Origin: Lama guanicoe
Taxonomy: Eukaryota
NCBI GenBank assembly: GCA_013239625.1
Contig: MU056898.1
Span: 649,717-713,716, forward strand
Length of the DNA: 64,000 nucleotides
Direction: 5' to 3'
The position numbers and the translations under genes were made by a program. Shown here in pieces: positions 1 through 10,585 of this stretch. The first letter of the stretch is position 1, and each line of letters starts with the position of its first letter. The notes below the pieces were generated by a model. It was not told where the DNA came from. It ran no database searches and saw nothing but the letters and a program-made list of their open reading frames with translations.

Positions 1-200
1 CAAGGCGCCGCGCTCCGCGCAGCCCCGACTCAGAATCAGGCCAGACGCGCCTGCCCTGTCTCTGCAGAAAACGGAGTCGCGAGGCCTCCCAGCCCGAGCT
101 GGGAAACAGGAACAACCTTGTTTTCGTGGGAAGAATGAAGAATTGAGCCTGTGCTGCCTTTAGCTAACCCCAGTTTAAAATGTTCATCCAGAAAATAAAT

Positions 201-431
201 TCACATGTGTGTACTCATGCGTGCACCTATGTGTACATGTGTGCGTGAACAGACATGTGAACATGGGCACGTGTTCATGTAAAGAGGAAAACTGGGGTAC
301 GTGTAATTTATAAATCTTCCTCTGGAAAAGTACATGCTTAATTTTTCCAGGGATGTTTTACACATATGTGCATACGTGTTATATACATAGTGTGTGTGTG
401 TGTGTGTATAACACACACACGTACACACACA
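201..431. repeat. alternating purine-pyrimidine tract with (GT)9 and (AC)n
   Basis: Seen directly: (GT)9 at 390-407 then ACACACACACGTACACACACA. Confidence 0.85.
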
Positions 432-655
432 GGTGTATTTTTTCAGTTAAGTACTGACTGAGCTGAGTGGAGGGGAACCAGGATTGAATGCCTACTGAGA
501 TCCCTACCAATAGAGAGCTTTACGTATTTCTTTCCACCGATACATTTCACAAGTTTAATATCCAATTGTGTGTGCAATCTCATATCCCCTTGACATAGTA
601 TATTTCGAGTGTTTTCCCAAATCCTTGAACAGTCTATTAAAAATGCTGTTTTGGC

Positions 656-746
656 GGGGAGGGTATAGCTCAGGGCTAGAGCACATGCTTAGCGTGCACA
701 AGACCCTGGGTTCAATCCCCAGCACCTCTATTTAAAAAAAAAAAAA
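656..746 (+). mobile_element. tRNA-derived camelid-type SINE (Vic-1-like), short form
   Basis: GGGGAGGGTATAGCTCAG (A box)...GGGTTCAATCCCCAG (B box) plus A13 tail. Confidence 0.85.
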
Positions 747-999
747 GCTAATTTGAATGGCTGGCCAAAAACGCCGCAGTGAGCCTCGTTGCAGGTCCGT
801 GTCTCCGTTTCCTCAGGAGAGATTCCCAGAAGACACTGCTGTGGACGTTTAAGGAATCTCAATCTGTACGGCCAACTGCCTTCCAGAAAGTTCGCACCAA
901 CGTGCAAGCCCATCGCCCGTCCAATTTGTAAGTGGTCAGCAAGAGCACTGAGCACCCCCACGACGTTCCAGGCGGGGCTTCCTCGCGTTCATGCCTCAG

Positions 1000-1118
1000 G
1001 GAGTGGGGACAGTCATTCCCACTTTCCAGAGAGTGAAACTGAGGCAGAGTAAGGTTAAAACTAACTTAACCAAAGCCACACAGCTCGTAAGCACCAGAGC
1101 CGGGATTGGAACACACCG
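1000..1118 (-). mobile_element. MIR SINE
   Basis: CCCACTTTCCAGAGAGTGAAACTGAGGCAGAG...GGTTAA...CACACAGCT core. Confidence 0.7.
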
Positions 1119-4100
1119 ATGTTCCAGCCCCCTGGTCCCCGTCACTGGAGGCAGCGGGTCCCCACCTTCTCGGGACCCCGGCCCAGACCTCCCTCCCTGT
1201 CCCAGACTCTAGGGCAACGTGGACAGTTCGCAATGGGATAAACAATGGCTCCTGGGCTGTAGGGAAAACACCAGACACCTGAGGACCAAATCACTTGGCA
1301 TCAGGAAGGACCACAGTGGCGACTTCTCCGGAGGCCAGGGAACGCATGACCAGGAGGTCATGGGCTGGGCAGGGTCTGAGGGCAGGAGCCCCCGTGGCCT
1401 CCCTCCCTCGTCCGCCCCATAGTCACTGAGTGCCCACTCACCCGTGGGGCGGCCAGCACCCACGGACAACACGGACAGAGGTCCCTGGCCTCATGGCGCG
1501 TTAAGTCTACGTAAGGCGTAAGGCGGTGAAGACAGATGCTGTCCTGCGTGTCAGAAGGTGTTAAATGCTACTGGAAGGGGGAAGGGCAGAGCAGGGGTGG
1601 GGGTCAGGAGGGCCAGGGCTGCACTGCCATTTTCAAGAGGGTGACCAGACAGGGCTTCCCTGAGCAGACTGGAAAGAGGGAGCCAGGCAGGGGGTCTGAA
1701 AGGAGAGTCCCAGCGGAGGAGCACGTGCAAGGCCCTGCTGCGCGCACATGCGTGTATGCATACGTCACACAGACTCAGAGACTGTCCCCAGAGCTCTGGC
1801 CTCCCCCTGAGCTAAGAGCGGAGGGCGGTGTGAGCTGAATGGTACTGCAGGCCAAGCTCTAGGAGCCCCTCCTCCCTGGCTGACCAGGCACCCCTCCAGC
1901 AAGCTTTGGGAGCGGGTAGTGGGCTGTGGGCTCCTCGCCGCCCAGGACCCAGGGGCCAGGCACAGAGAGGCATGCAGGAACCCCTGAGGAGCGAGCGCCC
2001 CGCAGGCCAGTATGGACTTGGCCCTCTGACCTTCGATCCCACGGTGCCTCAGTTTCCCCCAGACAGAAGGGCTCGGTGCTGCCTGCCTTCCTCACCCAGA
2101 GCAAGGCTGGACCAAGCAGAGAGGAGCAGGCACCAGCTCCCATCCGAGGTCAACCCTGAGCCTTGGGACCTGCCTTGAGCACCTGACATCACAGCATCTC
2201 AAGACCGACTTTTGTCTCTAGATGCGGGTCACGGGACCCTGCATGTGTGCCCCTGGCTTGCCCTAGACCCTTGGCTCACAGACACCTCCCCGCAGCGAGC
2301 TGGAGGCCTCCCCGGTCCGATGTTCCCTGGGGTCACAGCCGGCTCAGAATTACTTTCTGTAACTGAGCGTGGCCTATAAATCACTTCTCTGGGGCCGCTT
2401 CAGGCCGCCGGATGCCCGGAGGGTCTGTCACAGCTTCCTAAAGAGGCAGAAATGGGACAGACGCTGACCTCTGAGGGCATCCACCCTGCAGGTCCTCCGC
2501 CCGTAACCCCAAGGTCACCCCTGGACGCAACACCTCGTCTGAACCTGCAGCTTCCTGAAACATGGCTATCAGCAGTCACACGTCTCATAGGTGAGACGAT
2601 GGAGGCTCAGAGAGGGGAGGCCGCTTGCCCAGGATTGCACAGCTTACCAGGATTCAGACACGGGACTCCTGGCTCCCGACAGAGAGGGAAGGAAGACAGT
2701 CAAAGGCAGGAAAAATCAGTCTGTCTAGTTTCACTCTGGGCCTCGTTTACAGGACCTTATCCTGCCCCTGAAGGTTCTCTCTGGCCAGGGCCCACTGCCC
2801 CTCATCACACAGACCCCACTCGGGGCTTCATTGTAGGCAGACCCCCCAGCACCCCAGCCATGCAGAAACCCAAAGAGCTCAGAAGCGGCCCCATTAGCCC
2901 TGGACCAACACAGGCTGGCGGTCAGTGGGAGGACAGGCTCCGGACTGGGCCCCAGGGTGCGTGGGTCCCCGTCCGTCCACGCAGGCCTGGCTCTCTCTGC
3001 GTCCGGGGTGCAATGTCTGTCTGCCCAGAGAGCATTTCCTTTCAAGATGCCCAGCTGGCCACACTCTCTTCCTGGGCCACTAAGAGAAACTCCCGCCCAA
3101 CCCACCCTGCAAGGTCATTTCTGCACAGGATCGCCGCTCACACAGGAACAGCAGCTGGACGTGGGCAGAGACCGAGACTGAGTCCCAGGCTGCAGGTGCC
3201 GTGGGAGGGAGCCACAGCCAGAGCAAGGCGTGTCCCGGCCCTTTCCTGCACTTGCCAACCTGTCAATCTTGGCAACCGTGAAGGCTCCGGAAGGGAGACC
3301 TCCAAAACCGGGCTCCAGATCTGTCCCTCCCACTCCTCTGCACACGACTGTGGGGCAGCAGGTGCCCTGCACAGGACGCCAGCCATGTGCCTCAGCCCCA
3401 CCTGTATCGTCTCATTCGAGATGCACAATCTTGTGACATTGCAGGTGCTGTTAAGGTGCCCATGTCTCGGATGGAGAAACTGAGGCCGTGTTCACACTGA
3501 TGGGCAGCAACCAGGCCCAATTTCAAAGCCAGCCATGCCCCACACTGGAGCTGGAACTCTTAACGTGCTAATGGGCTTCCAGAAGCAGAGCTGGTCTCAG
3601 CATAAACAAACGGTGGGATGTCTCTGCCCTGTTGCTGTTAACACTGGGGCTGTGGCCAAATTTTCCAGCCCCCCGTCCCTTTCCCTGGGGTGCCCGCATC
3701 CCCCTCACCTATCTGCTGTCCTACCCACAGGCCAAGGAAGGGCATGTGCTTGGTACTGCAGAAAGGGCAGGCTGCCCCAAACCCCTCAGCCCGGGCACCT
3801 GTTTCCCCATCCGACTGGACAGATGCCCCAGACTTCAGCAAGAAAGCATGCTCTGACTCTTGTTATTCTGAATGCACTTTGCAAAACATCCCAGCAGCTG
3901 CGTCGAGCGAGCTATTCATGACTGTCTGCCTTCCCAGCAGCCCCATGCGGAGATGTGAGGGGTCTGGGTTTCACACTTCCCAGAGGTTTCCATTTGCTAG
4001 GAGGGGAAATGAGGGCCTCGACCTCAGCAGGACAGACCCCTGCTTCCTGTCTCAGCTGCCCTCACCTGCAAACGCTGACTGCCCCCCACACACACACAGT

Positions 4101-4479
4101 TTCCTTCCCAGTGACCCATCCTTCTCCTCCCGACCCCGGCAGCATTCCTTCTCAAGTCGGCATCTCTGTGCTGCTCCACGCCCTGCTTTTCCTCAACATA
4201 AAACAGCGACAGGCCTCCTTCTCCACCAATACCTGGCTGGTCCCCGCACCTCCAGGCTCCCTGGGAGTACCTCACCTGGACCAGCCAGGAAATGCCCTCT
4301 TTCCCTGCCTGGCCCTGGGCTCTCCCATGGCTGTTTGCTCCCCTCGCCTGGATGGAGAACAGCCCTCAGGTCGCCCTCCCCTGGGGAGCAGATGGCCGGG
4401 AAGGGTCACAGAGCCCCTTTGCTCCCCGGGGCTCCCCTCTGCAAGGCCCAGGCTGGGAAGCCCCGACCCTGGCGCCAAG

Positions 4480-5260
4480 CATGGAACGCGGTACTGCACC
4501 CAACCCTCCTCGGCGCACCGGTCCCTGACTCCCCACCTCCTGCCCAGCGCGCCCTCCAAGTACAGACCCCGCACAGGAGCGCGCACGCCGCCGCCAGGGC
4601 GTCCTCGGGGCTTGCACGGCCGGACCCAGCACTGCGGCGCGGCCAGGGCGTCCGGGCATGGACTCGGCGTCCCGCTAGGCTGCGGGTGCTGGCGCCGAAC
4701 CACCCGCCCCCGCGGTGGCCGCCTGCGTCCCCGCCGCACCTCCACCTCGCAGCCCCGGTCCTCACTGCGCCCCGCGTCTTCCGCGCGTCGCGCCCGCGGC
4801 CTCCCCGCGGCCTCCGTCCTACAGGCCGCGCTCCCCGGGTCCTCCGCGCCCCGCGCCCCAATTCCGCCGCGCGCCCACCTCGCAGCCTGGCGCCCCCGGG
4901 AGCCGGCAGGCGCGGCGCGGGCCGCGAGAGTCGCCCAGGAGGTCCCGCCGTGACGTCAGCACCGAGGGGCAGGGACCGAGGCGGGACCCGGTGGAAAGTG
5001 TGATGGGGCCGCCTGGCCGTGCGCGCCACACCCCCTCCTGCCGCTTGGGTGCCTCAGGCGCGGGCCGCCAGTGCGCGGAGAGCTGGCCGGAGTCCCCGGG
5101 CCTCAGACTCGCCTTACAGACGCTGACCTCTGCTGACTTCCTGTAGAGCGCGGGAGGGGCGCCCGACACTCCCGCAAACCCCTGGGGAGGGTGGGGTGGG
5201 GCCCGCGATCTTAAAGCCGAGCAGGGGAGCGCGGTAAGCCAGCGGCGGCCAGGTAGGGCC
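4480..5260 (-). promoter_or_regulatory. CpG-island promoter, probably AMZ1 non-coding exon 1 (candidate minus-strand donor GAG|GTGGGC, exon ending at 4879)
   Basis: Dense CpG island with a full CRE TGACGTCA at 4951-4958 and no recognisable coding exon; gene identity inferred from synteny only. Confidence 0.6.
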
Positions 5261-5467
5261 CCAGGTGAGACGGGCAAACCCGAGCTGCCCAGTGGGGCCC
5301 CAGGTGAGACGGGTAAACCCAGGATGCGCTGTAAAGGCACTGGCGTCAGGGTTACCCCAGCAAGGATGGGGTACAACTGCAGCACGCAGCCTCGCCCTGC
5401 CATCACCCTCTGGGAACTTCCCCTTCATTTGGAGGTCTCCCCATTTAAAGGTAATTATAATTTTTTA

Positions 5468-5625
5468 GAAGTTTTTATATGCCAGGCACAATGTGCTAAA
5501 TGCCTCACATGTGTTATCTCAAGCCGTGTGATAGCTATCTTTTTGTCCCCATTTTATAGGTGAAAAACTGAGGACTAGGCAGGGGATGTGACAGGCCCAC
5601 CCAGATGGCAGAGCCGGGGTTGATC
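5468..5625 (-). mobile_element. MIR SINE
   Basis: TGCCAGGCAC...TGCTAAATGC...CCCATTTTATAGGTGAAAAACTGAGG. Confidence 0.7.
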
Positions 5626-8600
5626 ACCCCGCCCCTCCAGAGGTTCGCTGCAGCCCCAGTGCTGGTGAGGGCGGGGACATGGGCCCCTTCGCAGTGTGAA
5701 CAGCGTGGTTCCTCAGAGATGGTCCTGTTATCTGTGGCCCGGGTGGTCTTTGTCCTGGGGGTGGAAGGCAGGACGGCCCTTCTCCATGGAGCTCCTACCA
5801 CACACCTTCTCTGGGTCCCCTCGTCCCCGGAGAAGGGCAGCTGTGGCCCCACGGTCCTGCCACATGGCACCCCCACGCTGCAGGTCCGTCAGCCCGCGGC
5901 CCACCTGCCGTGTCTCCCGCCTCCAGGTGGGGATTTCACTGCGCGGCTCCGGGACAGCGAGGGGACATTCCCACGTGGCAGGAGGTGGGGGAGAGGCATT
6001 GCATCCTCCTCCTGAACAGCCTCCGCCTCGTCAGTTGCCAGGATACGGAAGGAAGATGCCTGGACCCTGGGAGGCTCGGAGGCCTCTGTGCTGTTAATCG
6101 TGCTTCTCAGGCCACTGGGCGAGGCCAGTGGCCACTGCTAAGGGTTCCCTCCTTCCTTCTCTTCCGCAGCTCAGCGCGGGGTCCCAGAGGGGCGCAGGGC
6201 CCCGTCCTGTGCTGTCCTCACTCCTGATAGAGAATGCAGCTCAGGCCACAGGCTGCACTCCCTATACGGCTCCCCTTTCATCAGCGCAGACCCCAGGCCC
6301 TTGGCACAGAAGGGGAAAGGTCTAGAAGGCAAGGTGGAGGGGGCTGCCGGAGTCTCTGGCCCGGAGCCATCCCCCCCAGAGAGCCTTGACTATGGATGGT
6401 CCTAGTCTAGAAGGATTTTCAAGGACTTCCTAGCAAGCTCAGGGAGGGGTACAAAGCGTCCTGGGTCAGTGGTCAAACCTCTGTGCTCTGGATCCACTAC
6501 TCAAGCTACCAAACCAAGAAACGTCATTTCCCGTCTTTTAGCTGTCAGCTCATTTGTAAGACGGAGATGCCAGTGACCCCTGTGGTCTCCACAGAGCTGG
6601 GGGTGGGGGGCCCGCACTTCAGGAACATCACCTGCAGGGCGCTGGTCAGACGGGGCCACCGTGACGGTGATTTGAAACCCACGTGCACCCCAGCAGCTGC
6701 ATGAGACACTCAGCGGAGGGCCCTCCAGGTGCTAGACGGGCTGGGGCTGGATTGCACAGTCACCTCGTGTAATGCTTATGCCAACCCATTTTACAGATGG
6801 GGAAACGGAGGCTCAGAGAGCCAGTCACACGGCCTGCAAGTGGTCACCTAGATAAAAGCCAAGGCCTCAAAGGCTCCCAAGACTTACGCTGTCACCTGGT
6901 CCCAGACTCCTCATTGCCCTGACTTCACGCGGCCGCAGACCTACCCGGGCACGTCACTGCCGCCTGTCTTGCTCTGGACCTCTGGAGGCTGTCAGGGCCC
7001 GTGAACTTCAGGGAAGCACATGGCCCTGAGGCAGCCCTGCCGCCCTGGGTGTGGGGGAGGGGCAGCCGCAGCCCATGTTTTGGGTCCATGTTGGTCCCCA
7101 TCTGACCAGCCCTCAGCTGTTCTCAGGACACCTGCCCTGGACGTGTTGGTCTGGGGACCCCCCCCACCCAAGAGAGCCCCAGGAGGCCTCCAGGCTGCCC
7201 GCCCAAAGCGAAGTAGGCAGTGTTCCAGCCATGAGTCACCCTGTGCCCCCTGTGCTCTGTCCTAGGCCCCCAGCAGCAGGACCCTGGCACCTGCCCCCCG
7301 CCGCTGCTGTGGGCGGGAAGGAGCCCCCACCAGGTCTGGAGTCCGGGGCTTCACCACACTTGATTCGGGCCAAGCTTCATGCTCAGATTAGTAAGACGGG
7401 GTCATTACTCCTCAGCAAATGCGCAGGATCGCAGAGCAGGACAGCTGAAGGGAGGGAAGTCAGAGGCCGAGGTGCAGCCTGGGACCCATCAGGGTTCCTC
7501 TGTCACAGCTTGGGGGGAGGGGTGGGCAGGAGGGGCACTGGTTGGAGCACAAGCTGGCACACTGGGATCCTCATGAGGTGGGCCCTGAGCGGCCTCTATG
7601 GCCTGGCCTTCGTCCCCCCAGCCACGTGTCCGGGAGGAGCAGGGACAAGCAGGGACAAGCACTGTGGGACACGGGGCAGCGCTGAGGGGAGTGGGCGGGT
7701 GCCCCGGGAGGGGCAGGCCGGGGAAGAGGCCATCGAACAGGCATCCGGGAGGCGTCTGTGGTCCTCCTTGGACAATGCCGTCCACAGAGAGGGGCCAAGT
7801 CACACAGCGAGGGCTGCGGGGGCCCCGGCTGGGGAGGAAACAGAGGCTCCACTGCTCTTTCAGGACACGCAGGGAATCGGGAGGAAGAGGGGACGGAGAC
7901 AGCTCAGGAGTGCAGAGGGGACATGCTGGCTGGGCTTGCTGGGGGAGGGGCTGGGGCCTGGGCTGTGGGGGCTGGGGGTGGCTCCTTCACAAGCACAGCA
8001 GAGGGGGCCCCCATCTCGGCCCTCAGAGCCCCTCCCTGCCTGGATGCTGAAGGGGGGTGTAGAAGTGGGTGGCCTGAAGCTGGGGAGGGACCCCAAGGGA
8101 CAGCCCTGGCATGGCCCTCCCGCAGGGTGAGGGGAGAGGCCCCAAGAGCGTCCCTTCTGTGGTCGGGGCCTCCTGGGCGGCGCTGGGCACTGCCTCTCTT
8201 TGGGCTGCTCCCCTCAAGCTGACCTAAGCAAGGGAGACTAGACAGCCCAGTGCCCACTTGCCAGCACGCTTCCTGGGCCCCCTGCCAGCCCCAGGGTCAG
8301 GAGGCCTTCCTGACAGCACCCCGAAGTCCCGAGACGTGCAGATGGGCCGACCGTCGCAGGGAGAAGGACAGAGCACAGGGGGCAGGCAGGGCCCCAGGGC
8401 CCCGTCACCCACGTAAGCTGAGCCGAGCACTTTGGCCTGGTCTCCTCCTGCCATCTGTGGGACCCAGCGGGCCGTCACCTCCACAGCTGCTATCCTGAGT
8501 CCCGACTCTCCACGGGGCTTCGGGCTAGGACCGAGGAAGCTCAGTGAACAGGCGAGGTGGCGGACAGGCACCCCGTGCCATCCCCAAGGTCAGGAAGAGT

Positions 8601-10149
8601 CATCCCAGGAGAAGCTTCCCCTGTGTTTCTGGGAGGCGAGGAACCATCTTCCCGGCTCCTGGGAGGTCTGCATCCCCACAAGGGTCCTGTCTCAGGGATG
8701 GGCCGGGGAGCTGGCCAGAGGGAGGGAGGCAGAGGTTCAGTGCTCAAGACACGCACCTTGAGTGAAGGCCACCAGCCGTCCCGTCCCCAGGTCACGGTGG
8801 CCGGGCAGCGGCCTCCTGTCCAGTCGCCATAGCCAGCAGCACGAGCGGGGACAGCGCCCCTCTGCCCGGGGCCGCCTCCCCCAGGCGGGAGAGGACCCCC
8901 AGCACAGGGAGGCACCGGCGTTGTCCCCCTAGCCTCAGCGGGGAGCCTTCCCTCCAGCGGCCCTTTTCTCTTTGGAACCGTTAAGATAAGGGCTTCTTTT
9001 GAGCCAAACGTTGCCCCGGTTCTGGACTGCCAGCCTCCCAGGCCTTCCCGGCAGCCCGCCCGCCCCTCCTGCCCACCTCATTCTGGAGAAACGCCCCCGC
9101 GGATGGCTGAGAGCTGTGTCACACCGTCCCCGGCACTGCAAGGGAGTCTAGTTGGAGCCTTAAGAAACAATGCTACAGCAACAGACTCCCACTGCAGAAG
9201 GTTTGGAAAATTCTAGAAGTCTAAAAAAAAAACCCCATATTCCAACTGTCAAGAGGTAACCTCTCTGAACTTTTTGTCAGACATCCTTCAAAAGCCCCTT
9301 TTCTGCACATTTAAATAGAGCATTTTCACGGATCCGCACCACGCACCCTGTCCCGCCGGCAGCTCCGCCACGTGGCACCCTGCCTGGCCACGGGCCCAAG
9401 GCCGGCCTCCTCGCCTTGCCGCGGCACTGTGCTGCGTTTCGTGGGGGGTCCACCTGGCTTAGGACAGCTCAGGTTCCCCCAGTTCCTCACTCTTCTGCGT
9501 TGTCTATGTATTGTGTGAAGCAGTGGTGTGTGCAGACACAGATACCTGACTGTGATGATCCGGTTTCCATAAATCCTTGTTGCACGGGTGTGTGATTTCC
9601 CCCCTTGGGATAAATTCCTGCAGATCGATTCGCGCTCACAAGGCTACACTTCTGACACGTGTAGCTGCCAGGATTTTCTGGTTCATTACTGCGGGGGACA
9701 GAGAACTTGGAATGTGAGAAATGCTTAGTGTTCTGTCCGAAAACTGTGCCCTTACTACACGAGAGGTGTGGGACCCCCACCTCCCCAGCCGCCGCGTCCC
9801 TGCTGTGGTTGGGAGGGGGCAGGGGCTGGGACAGTAATTACGTGTCAAGCCTGGGCTGACATCTCCTCCTTTTGGCTGCCGGGTTAGTGGGGGGCTGCCC
9901 AGTGCCGGGCCCCCCAGAAAGGAGAGGCAGCCTGCTGACTCCCAACCCAGGCCACCTAAGGCTTCAGGCAGCCCATCCCCGGTCAGCCCACCCCCTGCAC
10001 AAGGACACCTACGTCCCAGACCCCAGACCTCGCTCGTGAAGCCACCTCACTGGAGCCAGTTCTAGAAACGAGCAGTGATGTGGGGTCCCCCGTCCCTTCA
10101 GCCAGATGAGAAGGTGCCTCACCTCACTGTACCTCAGTGTCCCCCCAGA

Positions 10150-10585
10150 GAGCTGAGTAGAGGCCCCCAAAACATGTGCCCACCCCGACGGTCAGAATGG
10201 GATCTTGATTTGGAGTAAGGGCCTTTGCAGATGGAATTAAGGTGGGAACCTCAAGGTGAGGTCATCCTGGCTTACCTGGGCTCTAAATCCAATGGCGGTG
10301 TCCTAAGAGACAGACGAGGAGAGACACAGAGTGAGGGAGGCCAGGTGACACCAGGGGCAGAGGTGGAGGACACGGCCACCAGCCAAGGACACCAGAGCCA
10401 CCTGGAGCTGGAAAGGGCGAGAGGGCTCTCCCCAGAGCCTCTGGAGGGAGGGCAGCCCTCACAACACCTTCATTTTTGACTTCCAGCCTCCAGCAGTGAG
10501 AGAATAGATTTCCGTTGTTTTAAGCCCCCACCCCCCAGCCCCCCGTCTGTGGTCATTTGTTACAGCAGCCTCGGAAACTCACACG
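10150..10585 (+). mobile_element. MaLR solo LTR (MLT1B/C-like)
   Basis: Hallmark tracts GGGCCTTTGCAGATGGAATTAAG, CTAAATCCAATG, GACTTCCAGCCTCCAG, TGTTTTAAGCC, TTTGTTACAGCAGCC. Confidence 0.8.

Noticed and set aside
656-730. tRNA-like sequences (also at 35535 and 40285-40429)
   Set aside because: Poly(A) tails, target-site duplications and no intact cloverleaf mark them as SINEs, not tRNA genes
2452-8130. Long ORFs of 330-437 aa (2452-3483, 3690-5003, 3955-4953, 7051-8130)
   Set aside because: Pro/Arg/Gly/Ala-rich, overlapping in several frames, no recognisable domain, partly running through MIR repeats and a CpG island; expected by chance in stop-poor GC-rich DNA
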